A stretch of DNA of 63,963 nt, filler included, from Hyphochytrium catenoides (taxonomy: Eukaryota > Protista > Hyphochytriomycota), in assembly GCA_900088475.1 (NCBI GenBank). It is 20 parts of 20 records of this genome, joined end to end, with 100 filler letters (N's around TTAATTAATTAA, not from the genome) between each part and the next. Parts side by side here need not be neighbours in the genome. Positions count along the whole stretch, not along the records: positions 11,271 to 13,625 come from FLMG01001592.1; positions 13,726 to 16,688 come from FLMG01002756.1; positions 16,789 to 20,052 come from FLMG01003048.1; positions 20,153 to 22,904 come from FLMG01003150.1; positions 23,005 to 24,269 come from FLMG01002477.1; 15 more parts are not named here. One strand, given 5' to 3'. Positions 11,271-24,369 of the stretch are shown here, in pieces. The notes under the pieces are model-generated. The model did not search any database, was not told the origin of the DNA, and saw only the letters and a program-made list of their open reading frames with translations. Position 1 is the first letter of the stretch. Every line of letters starts with the position of its first letter. The position numbers and the translations under genes were made by a program.

Positions 11271-14200
11271 GCTCCAATATAGGGAAAAGTCCCTTGCCGG
11301 AATCCAGACGCGCCCTTACTCTCTCTCAAGGACTAGGACAACTGTGTTTGGAAGTACCAGTATCGAAAGCCAAGAAGCTTCATACTCTATTCCTCGTTCA
11401 TAATCCGCTAAAATTTTAATTGCAAAAATAGGCTGGTTCTTGGTTCTGTCCGCCGTGTGTCCGATAGTGGCGCTTCTGTGCTCCTTCGGGCAGTGCATCC
11501 TGAAGGGCTTTGGTCATCTTTGATTGTGGACTTATTTGTGGCAGGCAACCAGAGTTAGCCTTGTGGCGGCCTGTTGTCGTGCCGCTGCCAGCCTTCCTAG
11601 AAGAGATGATGTGGTGCTTCGTGATGGAGGAGCTGGAAGTAATGAAATCACCGCTATGGACTACTAACACAGCATCCGTCCAAGGTGCTTGTGTGATAAG
11701 ACTATTCCTCATCGCTAGGAAATGATGCGGATGCGGACGTTGTTGCTTATCCCGTTCTGCTACAACGGTTTGGGATCAGCTTGTCTTCGCTGAGTCTTTA
11801 TAAATTACGAGTACAGGTTCTTCTTATTATTAGCTTTTTTGGTCCAAAAGGATAGAACAAGATATCAGGCAATTATCTCTTCAACTTGTAAACTGCTGTT
11901 GCGATTGGTTTTGTTCCTAGATATGAGCTGGAGCATCTTATCTTGCAGATCAATGAAGACACTTGATTTTTTAATAAGACACAATTCCTTCATTCTTGCT
12001 TGTAATAATAAATCAAAGTTTAGTCCTCCTCACTTCGAGACGTGAACTTGGAAGCAAGTGCACCCTGTGAAGTGTGATTTATAATGAATGTAGAACTACA
12101 GGTAGCCAGGTTGGAACTTCTTGAGTTCTAAGTTATCCATAGAGAATCGTGAAGAAGTAGTCTCAAAATATACTACAATCTGCCAAAGTTCCTGACGTTT
12201 CTACGGTTAAAGAGATCTTAGCCTTGCTTCTGCTTGGTTCTTTTTTATCGTGAGGGCTGTTAGGACGGCGGCTAATAAGAAGAAGGGGCTTCGTAAGAAA
12301 GAGGATAGAAAAAAATATCACGTTCATCGATAGCTTTTTTTCGCTAACCTTTAGTTCCTAGTGGTCGCAGTTGATGTAGACCGAGTAACAGGGAAGCTTG
12401 CCAGCTGCTGGTATATTGTCAGCCATGCTTCCCAGTCGAGGTGACGAGCCACTGAACTCATATCATTCGCCGTCCAGATTCGGCGTAGGGACTTTTGATG
12501 CCATGAATGTGATACGCTGTACCGCAAGCCCTAGCTTGTGACCCCAAGAGGCCAAGGTCGAGTCTATGAGCCTCTTTTATATTGTCAGTCAGTATTACTA
12601 CTCGTAATATTGAGGATTATGTTCCTTGTAAGCAGCACCTGAAGCCCTTTGCCTCCGGTTCTTATTTGAAAGGGGAGGAGGATGGCTTGTCGTGAAGAAC
12701 GTCACTAACCTTCCTGTACAAAAAGACCTAGAAGTAACTGTGCTGTCTTACCTTGAATGATACTAAAGAGGCAGCTCTCTCTTACTACAGTATTAGAGCA
12801 AAAGCATCATCAGAGACCAAGGGACAAGACCAAAAACTCTCCATACCACCCGTCGGCGGTTGCAGCTGCTCTTCTTCTGAGATCACTGTGAACAGCGCTC
12901 TGTACCCATGCCTTAGCGCCGACCAAGCTCTTGCATTGTCTGTCCGTTCTTTCCTCTCGCTGCGAGTGCAATGAATGCCCACTCTCACCGATCATCATTC
13001 TTCCACGATGTCCCACCTTGGACAAAGACAGGCTTCCAAGGTAAGAATTGGTTGGTGGTGGGCCAGGGGTGGGATGGTTGGCGCCTTTTCTCCCAACCTT
13101 TCAGAGTCATTGCTCATAGCTTCGCTAAGCGCCGCGAAGAGATAGCTGCTGTGTCTTTTGAAAAGCGGAAGCTTTCATGTCAGAAGATAGCGTCCAGTGA
13201 GTATAACTGCATTCATGGAAACATTTCCGCTTGATATTTTATCCGCATTTCTTTCAGTACAAGTTAGTTGGGCTCTACTAGGGATTAAGCGTCAATGTGA
13301 GGAATGCTCCGGCTTCAAGATCATAGCTCTTAGGTAGCAGGGCATAAAGCAAGGGCAACCGGGTAAAAAGGGAATCTTGGTAAGGGCATTACGCTATCTA
13401 TTGCGACAATACATGGTTGTCACCTTTCACAAACTTTCTGTGCAGGGCTGGATGTTTTGTGGCAGATTCTTAGTCCGTCTGCCCTCCTCTCCCGCCTTGT
13501 TGAAGCATGGAACCTTGACGAGGGAAGGGAGGAGTGAGAGAGGAGGAAAAAGAACCCCTTCGGTCACGTTTCCTACCCGAACTTTATCCGTCAGTCGGGG
13601 ATCTCAACCTTTTAGGACAAGGACANNNNNNNNNNNNNNNNNNNNNNNNNNNNNNNNNNNNNNNNNNNNTTAATTAATTAANNNNNNNNNNNNNNNNNNN
13701 NNNNNNNNNNNNNNNNNNNNNNNNNTTGTTGGAAGCATGCCTGGTCGGGGGCCAAGTTTTTAAGCCATAGATAATATTAGGTTGAAGTTATCCCATAGTT
13801 AACATTAGCGATTATGACAACCAACATTCAATGGCTTTGGTTGAGAGAAACGAGCTTTCCCAGAGCTTTCTTCTTGCTTTGTGGTCAAACAACAACAGCA
13901 GTCAGCAGCAGCTAGGAACTGAAATGGAGCTAGTCAGGCTTTTACTGGTAGAGACAATCGGTGATGACAGCCTTGTTTGTTGCCCGCCGAGACTTGTTGT
14001 TGGGGGGACAGGACTGAACAACAGAGCTACGAACAGCTATACTGACGCCACCACCATCGAAAGAAGCATCGGCTTGGTTGTTAATAATTGTTGCTGGCAG
14101 CAAGCGACGACTATAAAGCGGCTCGGGATAAGTCTAACGGGTAAATGCAAGAGAAGTTCATTTACGCTGTCCCATTAAGCCTTGATGGTCCATCCTTTGT

Positions 14201-14716
14201 TATCTAACTCTTGATTTGCCCGCAGGTTCATTGTTTCTGCTATGTGTCTTCTTCTCGGTGGAGTCCGTTGCATCTTAATCTCACTTCTTACTACCAGGGC
14301 CATAGTAACCACTTCGTAGTTTTATAGGGGTCACTGTCTTAACAAGAACTGCTTGAGGCTGCTTTTGAATCTTGCTATGCAACTCTGTTCTTCGCTGCTG
14401 CTTCTATCAAATGCAAAGCTGATCCAGAAGAGCTGCTTCAGCTGCTGGCGTCCACTTTTTAGCATGCTCCATTCTTTTCTGTCTGAAGAGCTACTGGATC
14501 ATTTTTGATGTCCTCTCCTACGCCCCTCTCCTCTATCTTTTCATCATGGTCTTGCCTGTTTAGATGCTTAATGTGTTATTCCTTTGGTGAAGAGCACTAC
14601 TAATTTGTCCTAGTTGGGCAGGTAGTAGGAGAGGTTGAACTCCCTCTCTTTGGGATTACCCTCTCCCGCATTATTATAATGACGAACAGAATTTGCGATA
14701 GTTGTCCATGAATGTG

Positions 14717-15922
14717 TCAGAACCTCATTAGAGGAAGAATGTCTCCTTTTACTCGACAATCAACAACATGACGGAGTGCGGCACTTAGAAGAAAAACACA
14801 TTTTTGAAGCTTATCTGCATTCAGCTGCGGGCGCTGCTGCTTCTTAGCCCTCCATTTATTGAACTTGACTTCCTCCATTGTGGCACCAATAAGTTGATTG
14901 AGAGATGAGGGCAAGCTTCGGCGAACGGCTCTAAGCCTATCACCGTGACCGTCTAGGGCAAAGATCGCATTGGCTAGCTTTTTCACCATTGTGCAGCCCG
15001 TGGTCTTGGCGTCTGCCTCTGACAGAAAGCCGTGCTGTGCTGAGTTTAGTTGAGCTATGAGGTGGTTGAACAAGGCACTGTAACTTGAGGGCTCCCCTGG
15101 CTGGCAATCGTCGTTCTCTAATCCTCCTGCATCAAGTGTAGGCTTCGGTGAAGCTGGGGAAGGCAAAGGCGGAGGAAGATATCGTCTATTGCTACTTCTC
15201 ATGAGAATAGAGAAAGCGCTGATTTGTTGGTGGCCACTACCAGCATTAGAATATATCGTTCCTGCATCAGACCCTTCTGTAGGCAGCAAAATGAAGAGCA
15301 CACATTTCAGCCTAGGGCAGCAGACATCGATAAAGTCTGCAAGCTTTGTAGTCAACTTTGCCCGAATAAAATTTTGCCTTGACTCCGGCGTAGAGTCGAG
15401 CCTCACAGGTCCACCAAAGGCCGCTCCAGCTTCCCCACGGTAAGATCCCCAAGCAACGAAGTCACGGAGAGTTTGAAATGTGCATTGCTCGCGGCTGAGA
15501 GATTGTTGAAAGAGATGCTCCATGTGCTGCTCGTCTTCTCTCCGCTCTTCTGTTACTCTTACATCTTCTTCTTCTTCGGTCTGATGTTGGCACGAAGTAA
15601 ACATGCCAGTGCTGCTGCTTGAAGCAATTTTTCTCTTTTTGCTAGGCGGCATCGGCGGCGCCGCCGTGGAAGAAAGCGACAAATAGAAGTCTTGACGCCA
15701 ATCAGAAAAGTCTGGCCCAAAGATAGTCTCAGAGTTCACCAGCAGGTATTCTAGGTTTCGCATTTCAAGGTCCTTTAGGCTGTAGGAGCGACTGGCAGCA
15801 GATCTCTTCTTCATCTGGCGAACCTCTATTATGCAGGACGGAAAGAAAAGCTGAGGTGTAGATTCGGAACTGTACGCATGATGAGGTCCCCCCCTCCTGC
15901 CAGCTGCTCCATCAACCATCAT
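14717..15922 (-). CDS. Intronless hypothetical protein, probably DNA-transposon derived; downstream region degenerate
   Basis: 401-aa ORF of normal complexity with no introns, in a genome whose genes are intron-rich. The motif VKKLANAIFALDGHGDRLR..LP..FNKWRAKK..PQLNADKL recalls transposon-associated proteins. Stop-riddled coding-like sequence continues toward ~14100. The family assignment is from recall only. Confidence 0.45.
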   Translation of the reverse strand: MMVDGAAGRRGGPHHAYSSESTPQLFFPSCIIEVRQMKKRSAASRSYSLKDLEMRNLEYLLVNSETIFGPDFSDWRQDFYLSLSSTAAPPMPPSKKRKIASSSSTGMFTSCQHQTEEEEDVRVTEERREDEQHMEHLFQQSLSREQCTFQTLRDFVAWGSYRGEAGAAFGGPVRLDSTPESRQNFIRAKLTTKLADFIDVCCPRLKCVLFILLPTEGSDAGTIYSNAGSGHQQISAFSILMRSSNRRYLPPPLPSPASPKPTLDAGGLENDDCQPGEPSSYSALFNHLIAQLNSAQHGFLSEADAKTTGCTMVKKLANAIFALDGHGDRLRAVRRSLPSSLNQLIGATMEEVKFNKWRAKKQQRPQLNADKLQKCVFLLSAALRHVVDCRVKGDILPLMRF

Positions 15923-16949
15923 CGCGGAGGCGCCACTAAAAACACTGCTCTTGTTGTTCCTAGTTGTTCTGCTGCTGCTGCTGCAGCGTCTTCTGCAGGA
16001 TGATGATGATCGTGGTGGCAGCGGCTTCTTGTTGCAGCATCATCGCTGCTGCTGCTGCTGTTGTTATTATGGTAGTAGTGACTCGGCAGTAGTGGTGGTG
16101 GTGGGTGGCTGCTGCTAGTTGGAGCAAGCATCAAGCAAGCAACCCTCTTCCTTCGTCTACTCTATCCGTTTTCTTCATCTCTTACTTCTCGTCTTCTTTC
16201 GATGTTCTTCGGTTTCTTCCTTCTTCAGTTCCTCTTCTCGAGTTCTACCTTCTTGCTATTGCCAGCACACAACAGGCCTCTTTTTGGCGGGAACCACACT
16301 CCTCTATCATTAACTATGGGATATCCACCGCCTGTTATTAACTATGGCTTAGCGAAAGTTTCCCAAATCCCGACCGACCGAGCCTCTTCAGGAGGGAAAA
16401 TTTCACTCAAACATACTATCAAGTGCAACACCCTGAGGATTTTTCTGTCATTCAGAACTCAGAACCAAAGATCGGAATAGATCTTTCTAGACAGAGCGCG
16501 GCAATAGTTAGATGTAAGGATGTATAGACTGTACATTGGAGGAAGACAGAGAATGGAAGAGATGGACGAAGGTGACGGTCTTTATTAGAGCTGTCTATTT
16601 CTTGTAGTCAGGTTGTACGAGTGGGGGAACAAGGGACTTATCCAGTTTGTGCAGGTGACTGATGGAGGAACGAGAGAGAGAGAGAGAGNNNNNNNNNNNN
16701 NNNNNNNNNNNNNNNNNNNNNNNNNNNNNNNNTTAATTAATTAANNNNNNNNNNNNNNNNNNNNNNNNNNNNNNNNNNNNNNNNNNNNGGCTACGCTTGT
16801 TACCCTCTCGCCGCCACATCTCCCTTTTGCCGCTCTCCTCCTTTTCCGTTGATGTGCTCTAAGTGTGTCTGCTTTCTCTCTCCTCTCTCTCCTTTCCCTC
16901 GCATCATTTTTCTAGTTCTCTGGCATTTTTCTCTACTCTTCTTGTCACG

Positions 16950-19900
16950 TCAAAATTTTATCCTCTTCCTCGTTACCTTAAGGTCCTCCTCGTTTGGCAG
17001 ACTACCGAGGAGGTTCATCACTCTCTCAAAGTCCTTGTCCGTCAGCTTAAGAGGCTTTTTGAAGAACTTCTTGGTCACCCACGCAGCAAGTAGGTAGCGA
17101 GAGGGCACGTTATAGACCACTAGAAGGCCCATTAATATTGCCAAGTACACCACGATCGTCTTCTTTGGATGAGTCCATTTCCAGATCATTTTAAACTTCT
17201 CAAGCTTGTCTATCGCGATGCAGAGCAAGTTCTGTGCTTCTCCCATGCCGTTCTTAATCTTGAAATAGAGCTGGGATGGAGAGATAAAAGTGCTCTCTTC
17301 TTCGTACTCAATTGCCTGCGAGTCCAAACAAAGGGTGATGGACGAGAGACGGTTAGTTCACCTTTAGTCGTATCGTTATCTCCACAACTACTAGCTATTC
17401 CCGAAGGGTACACCAACGGGTTGCCCCTTTCTATCTCCATTTAATGGCAGGCTTATCCTCTCTCACCTCGTACAAAGCCTTCGAGGCTGCTTTATCTGCA
17501 GCCTCAACCACTGCTCGTGGATCTCTCAGTTCCAGCTGAAGTCGGAGTTTGAGAGTGCCAAGATCTCCCTTTTCGAGACGACGCGGCATCTGAGCGACCA
17601 AAGGATGACGTCGGGCGTAATCGGTATACCTGAGAGAAATCAAGCAAAAGGCAGAATCTCTGCGTAAATGGAAAGCTCTCCTCTGAAAGATAGAAAAGCT
17701 CTTCTATTGTCCAAGCAATTCCACCCTTACATCTCTGCTGCTGATTTCCTGCTTACCATTTGTCTGGGCGGTCCATGATCTGGTACTCCCCTATTATCTC
17801 TTTTTGCTTTCCACCTTTGGTGCTATCCGACACAAGAGACTTCAGAGGAACCTCAACTTGTCCCAAAAAGTCATCTTTTCCAACTTCGTCCTCGTCATAG
17901 AGTTCAAATCTGATAGTAGCAGACAGGTTTCGAGCGGACAACCAAGGATATAGTTAGAGGGTTCACGGCTCTGATTTAGTCGAGCAAGGTTGACTGCATC
18001 AGAGAAGTAGTAGAAGGCATGACGGCTGATGCAAATTTAGGTTTACCGCAGGTTGGAAAAAAGGCTATGAACAGCTCTTACTTAGCGATATTATCATGTC
18101 ACGGAACACAACCTTTGCCCTACTCTCACCTGACTACACCATCCGCATTGCTCCAGTCAACAAGCTGTGGATCTCCCTGCTCTGGAGCAGTGATCGGCTG
18201 CAGAATAGGGTAACGGAAAGCGTTGACATCCACCACACCAGATCCATCAGTTCTTTCCCAAGGCACAACGACATTTTGAAGCGAGCGGTCTGGTTCGTAG
18301 CCTAGGTTCTTGAACTTATCAGTCAGCCATCTACAGGAATGAGAGCGGTCAGGCGAAAGCGTCAGAAAGATGGAGAAAGTCTAAACCTGTCGTTTAAGCA
18401 TCCCAAGAGTTGATGTAAAGCACTTAACAAAGTTGGAGAAAGGACAGAAAGCAGGTTACTCGCTAGACAAAATCTTCTTGCAAGATAAGAAAACAAGCGA
18501 GGAGACATATAGATTCGTAGGTGCATACTTGTTGCTTAGTGCCATAGCGATGGCAGATTGCGTGTCCCTGACGGCTCCACCCCAGACAGGAGAGCAAGAC
18601 TTCTTCACAGATGCAGTTCTACCAATTAGATGCGGCTCCCGTCGTTTGGAATCATAAAAGATCTGTTTTGGTGAGGGTAAATACACCTATGAAAGAGAAT
18701 GCCTTGTTCGTTCTTAGTTACCTTGACGTAAGGATCACTTAGCCCATCCATGTCCGCTGCGATAACGTTCTTTGCTTCGATTGGCATGACCTGAGGTGAC
18801 ATACCATTCATCAGGTTCATCAGGTTAATGAAGCAGAACGAAGAATAGGCTTTGTTGGGAACTCTACTGAGAGCAGATGACGTTGAGAGAGGATTGAGTG
18901 TTGAAATGGCAGGAGATGGTGTCAAACCCTTGGTAGTGGGTAACCCGGGAGCTACAATCAGGAGGAAGTGAGAACGCGGAAGCCGCAGCACAGCTTGACG
19001 TGCGAGAAGGGCAGAATGAGGTAGAGGCAATGGGATGCCCGACAAATAAAAGAACTACCACTAAAGTACAGCCCTTACCCTCAGTGCAGCAATAGGCCTG
19101 TACAGAGAATCATCTAGCTCATCGTCACTTCTAATAAACTCCCAGCCAAAGAAGCCAAAGATCCGCTTGAGCAAGTTCACCGTCAGCATTGCAAAAATTC
19201 CTCCGACTGGGACTAGCAGGAAATGTGCCCCTCTGAAGGTTAGAATGAAGGTGATAACACCAAGCCAAGTGGCTATAGTGACCTCAGGACGGCGCCACTG
19301 CAGGATATTCTGCAATTCTTTGGCTCCGAGCTGAACGGGTGAACGGAAAGGAGGTATCCATGAGAAAGCGGTCAGGACAAGGCATAGGCAGGAGATGCTT
19401 CCCAATAGTCCGGAATAAAGAAACCTTTAATGCGTTTGTTGGGCTAGAACATTCACAAGCCACACGGACGGCAGAACCGCTGAATGAGAAAGTAAGCCGA
19501 ACACGAGAAAAGTCTACCGATGAGACCAGCTAAATACATCATCTAAGAGTCTTTCACTCAGCCAAGATTTTGACGAGAAGGGAGAGAAGAGGGCAATAGT
19601 GATAGGTAGATTACAAGGAGGGCAGGCGGAAAGGGGGCTTTTCAGTCTGCTTACAATCAATGGCTTGACAAACTTGTCCATCCGCTTGATCTGGTGCTTG
19701 ATAATATCAGGGTCGAATTGGTTCCTCCACTCCTCTTTCACGTAGTGTGCGTCAGGGTGCAGCTCAGGCGCAATTGCGGTCTGGAAGCTTTCATGGTAGG
19801 CCGCTGAGATTTGTACCAGCCCTGTCACCTCGTCGTCCTGCCCATAGAGGGGGAAAGGAGTAATGTCAGGTATTGCTGTCAAGCGTATAATAATGAGAAA

Positions 19901-20052
19901 GAGTAGCAGCAGTCGCTACATAACCGGTAAAGGAAAGCACTGGGGAGTCTTGTTCATTGCTATATGCTCACCAGCCTCAGTTCAAACCAGTCGTATCCTA
20001 CGTCTGACCGCAACCCATCGACTCCTTGGACGGGGTCACGAGGGCGAAAAGC
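16950..20052 (-). CDS. MCTP-like multiple-C2-domain transmembrane protein (5' truncated, multi-exon)
   Basis: Exons encode, in order: a C2 end (DWFELRL/TGLVQISAAY), FDPDIIKHQIKR, TM block 1 (ILQWRRPEVTIATWLG...), a C2 domain (IEAKNVIAADMDGLSDPYVK...FELYDEDEVGKDDFLGQVEVPL...GTLKLRLQL), then the PRT_C-like AQNLL..DKLEKFKMIWKWTHPKKT and TM block 2. Confidence 0.85.
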
Positions 20053-20152
20053 NNNNNNNNNNNNNNNNNNNNNNNNNNNNNNNNNNNNNNNNNNNNTTAA
20101 TTAATTAANNNNNNNNNNNNNNNNNNNNNNNNNNNNNNNNNNNNNNNNNNNN

Positions 20153-20447
20153 CATTTTGACGAGCTGGGATCAACAGCTCAGTAGAGTCCGAGAGAAAGA
20201 GCTTCATCCAATGACAGAAGAGATGGCGCTGCTGGTTCAGACAATCGGGAACTTGAGGAGAAAGTGGAAGAAGAGAGGCAAGAACAGCCGTACAACGCTG
20301 GTTGCCTTTATAGCAGAAACACGCGAAAAGAGGAGGAAAAGAGAGAGAGAGAAGACTGCCTGGGACTCTGTCAGGATTGAAAATATAGGCGGGAGGAAGC
20401 CAGCCTTTCTTGTCTTCAGTCGCCAAGCAAAGGATGTAGCCCAGACT
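20153..20447 (-). CDS. Possible exon fragment(s) containing the C-terminal part of an SH3-like motif
   Basis: GYILCLATEDKKGWLPPAYI resembles the SH3 G-W-x-P-x-x-Y signature. It follows a pyrimidine tract and AG. The fragment is short and cut by the contig end. Confidence 0.3.
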
Positions 20448-23145
20448 GAAGAGACAGAACCAATGGTTGGCCACAAAGAAAGGGGTTGGGGGACGGAGAG
20501 AGAGAGAGAGAGAGAGAGAGAGCGTATGAGAGGAAGAAGAAGATAACGGCACTTTCGCCGCTCGTCGTCTGCCTATTAGGCTAGAAGAGTCAAGGATATG
20601 ATGGCAAGGAGGAAGATGACGGGAAAAGATGGAGCAAGGAGAAACCCGATGATTTATATCCTAGTAGTCAGTTGGAGGAGGAGGAAGGAGCTCTAAGAGA
20701 GAAAGAAAATGAAGATAAGAAAGGAAAGACTTGACTGACTGATTGTAACTCTTCATCAAGTCAGGAGAATAGTGTTGATGGCAAGAAAGAAAGAGAGAAG
20801 AAGAAGAAGAATGATGATGAAGCTCCGCATATGCCTCCCCTTACTAGTCAGGAACAGCAGGAAAGAGGGAACAGCGAAGAGGAAGACAAGGAACGAAGTG
20901 ACAGAAGAAGAAGAATATCTCAGACTCTCTCGCAGCATTGTAAGGAGGTTGCAGCTACGAACGCGATTGTCCGGAAGTCAGGAGGAAGAGCAATAAATCA
21001 GAGAAGAGCAAGAAGAGAGAGAGAGGAGAATGCTCCTCTTCAGACCTCTTTCAGTGAGTTTACTAAGAAAGAGCAATCGTGATGCTGGGAAGACGGAAGA
21101 CGGCGGAGAAAGAGGAAGCCTCTTCACTCTTCTCTCATCCTATAGAAAGAAGAAAAGAAGAGGTCTGAGGAAGGAAGGAAGGAAGGAATAGAGATGGCTC
21201 ATACCTCTTCCATGATGGAGGTTCTTCTCAGAACCGCCAGTGATGACCAAAAAAGTGGGAGGAGGGAGACGGAAGACAGTGGTGAGCGGAAGAGAGGCAG
21301 AACTGCTCCAGTCTCTATTATTTTGGCCGTCTTCTTGGTGAGACAAAAGTGAAGCAAGGGAAGAGAGAAGAAATGCTCCATTTCTATCGCATGGAAGGCA
21401 AGAAAAAACGGTGGTGATGGTTAAAGAAGAAGAAAACAGACAGCGAAGACAAGGAAGATAGACAACAGCGGTGCTTTATTCTCTCAATGAGCTCGACACG
21501 CTCGACACGACGAGGACATTAATGAAGAATTAACGGCAGTGGAGAAAGAAGAGGGAGATCTGTTCATCATAGCGTCATCAATAAAGGTCAAAGCATCGCG
21601 GAGAAGGACCATGGAAGGTGGACAAGAAGAAGAGGAAACAGGAAGGAGCAGCGCCAATGAAGACGAGGAAGAAATATGACAAGGTCTGGCTCATTGTCTT
21701 CGCTTCAATCGCTCTTTATTCTCAAGAGACATGTCGAGGTGATGGAAGTAGCGAAGAAAGAGAGATAAAGGATGTCTTATCATCACATTGGAAGAGGAAG
21801 GACGAGCATGATGACGGCTATAGACTGTTCAAACGTTGCCGTTGATAGTCAGTGAGACAAACTAAGGCTCTGCCTCTTCACACCAACATCTCTTTTTGCA
21901 TCCATGAAGAGATTGCGATGCAGACTTTGAATCGTATCCCACTTCAGCAGCTGGACTCTACTCGAGCTTGCATGGTTGGGGCGATGATGATAAGTGGTCT
22001 CGGCGCCACGCCATCTCGTTCTTCTTCTCCTCCTCCGTCTCCTATCGTTATTATTGCCGAAGGGTTTAACTATGCTTCTTCTTCCTCTTCTAATAATGAT
22101 GGTGGCGGAGGAGAGCGAGGTGAGAAGAGTCCAGGACTCTGTGGCTATCGTCTCGTCTCTCGTGTTCTTCTCCCTTCTTCTTCTTCTTCTCCTCCTTCTT
22201 CTTCTCTTACTTCTTAGTTTAAGTAGTAGTAGTAGCTATTATCCCTCCTTACATATATATAGATTTTGTCTTCTCTTCTTCTTCCTCTTCTTCTTCTTCC
22301 CTTACTCCTTCTTCTTCTTCTGCTCCGTCTTCTCCTCCTCCTTCTTCTTCTTCTTCTTCTTCTTCTCCTCCTTCTTCTTCTCTTACTGCTTAGTTAAAGT
22401 AGTAGTAGTAGCTATTATCCCTCCTTAACATATATATAGATTTTGTCTCTTCTCCTTCTTCTTCTCCTTCTTCTTCTCTTCGTCCTTCTTCTTCTTCTTC
22501 CTCTTCTCCTTCTTCTTCTCCTTCTTCTTCTCCTCGTCCTTCTTCTTCTTCTTCCTCTTCTCCTTCTTCTTCTCCTTCTTCTCCTCGTCCTTCTTCTTCT
22601 TCTTCCTCCTCCTTCTTCTTCTTCTCTTTCTACCTTCTTCTTGTTCTTATTCTGTCCCTCCTTCTTCTTTTACTTCTTCCTAGTTATATATAGTAGTAGC
22701 TATAGCAATAGAAGGCCTTAGTACAGGTATAAGAAGAGAGAAAGGCAGATACTGATGATGGTTACGTGCTTCGATAGTCTAGGGACGATAGCGAGTCTGA
22801 GTGTATAGAAAAAGTAGTGACACAGCCGAGGGACGGACGGACGGAAGATAGTCATGGTAGGGACACAGGCGAGGGAAGGACGGAAGATAGTCATGATAGG
22901 GACANNNNNNNNNNNNNNNNNNNNNNNNNNNNNNNNNNNNNNNNNNNNTTAATTAATTAANNNNNNNNNNNNNNNNNNNNNNNNNNNNNNNNNNNNNNNN
23001 NNNNCCTCTGAGCTTCTGCGCCTTTCGTGCTGTCTTTTCTGTCTTTACTTCTCTCTCTCTCTCTCTCCCCTGGTCATCTCCCTTCTCGCGCTACTCTTCT
23101 CTCTATTCATCGTAGCTGATCACTGACTCTCTTTTGCTTCTTTAG

Positions 23146-23318
23146 CCTGTGTGGATGCTTGTCTTCATCTATAACATCATCTTCCCTGTCTCCTACCGTG
23201 CCAACAAGTGCGCCATCAGGTAAGAGCCCTACCTATTAGAACATAGCGCTCCTTCGCCTGTTTCTCTCCGTTCTCTTCATCCACTATTCTCTCTCCCTCC
23301 CCTACTTTCCCTTACCCT

Positions 23319-23364
<46 letters not shown>

Positions 23365-23892
23365 CTCAGGGAATATAACATATACGCATGCGGGTACATC
23401 TGGACTCAGGTCGCGTACAATGGGGTGCTCCGTCACCATACCATCGACGTTGGGATGAACTACGTCCTCTTTTCCGCTGTCTACTGGTCTCTAAATGCTA
23501 TTCCTATCTGGAGACTTCTGCAGGCTGATACTGGTGAGTTTCTCTCTCATCTCTCCTTCTCTCTCTCTCTCTCTTTCTTTCTATGTCTCTTTCTCTCTCT
23601 CTTAAGTTTGCCAGCGGTCAGTGTGTCTCTCCTGCTCTTCTGTCTGCCCAGTTATTTCCATCTTCCCTCTCTTCCTCTATGGAGAACGTCCTTACCCTTC
23701 TTATATTCTTTCCCTCTGTCTGGTTCTGACCTGTGCTTCGTTATCTCTCTAAGAATATTGGCGTGGCGTCGGCAAGAACTCAGTGGAGCTTCAGGCGAAG
23801 CTGAAGCATAACATGGGAGCCAACAACATGGTCTCATCCAATGGACTGCACGTCTTTGTAGAGGTCAGTGTCCCCGGCACCTGTCTTCTCTT

Positions 23893-23925
<33 letters not shown>

Positions 23926-24269
23926 NNNNNNNNNNNNNNCTCTATGTGTCTGTTTTGTCTGACTTTCTCTCTCCCTTCTCCCTCCTCACTGACCCGCATT
24001 AATCTCTGCCTGGCCTTCCACACATCCTCTCCTCACTGCAGATGCACCGCAAGCACATTGTCGACTTTGCTTTTCTTAAGTTTGACAAGCAAATCGGCAA
24101 AGGCGCCTCTGCGGTTGTCTTCTCTGGGTCTCTGAAGAGCCAAACGGCCGTGGCCATCAAGGTCTACACGCCTTATGAGGTCACAGAGAGAGAAGTTGCG
24201 GAGTTCTCCAACGAGGCAGCTCTGTGTGGATCTCTCGTGCACCCCAACATCGTGTCTTTCCATGGACTC
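23146..24269 (+). CDS. Multi-pass membrane (GPCR-like) protein fused to a TKL-group protein kinase, internal fragment
   Basis: Four exons join in frame: hydrophobic helices (PVWMLVFIYNIIF, NYVLFSAVYWSLNAIPIWRLLQADT/EYWRG), then the kinase N-lobe IGKGASAVVF, VAIKVY, EFSNEAAL and HPNIVSFHG. Confidence 0.85.
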
Positions 24270-24369
24270 NNNNNNNNNNNNNNNNNNNNNNNNNNNNNNN
24301 NNNNNNNNNNNNNTTAATTAATTAANNNNNNNNNNNNNNNNNNNNNNNNNNNNNNNNNNNNNNNNNNNN

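Noticed and set aside
11271-13625. Complex-sequence contig with scattered splice-like signals
   Set aside because: No consistent reading frame or recognisable domain could be assembled by eye. Left unannotated.
22180-22904. Poly-Leu/poly-Phe ORFs and short tandem units
   Set aside because: These are (TTC)n/(CTT)n simple repeats and small minisatellites with no coding or spacer-array evidence.
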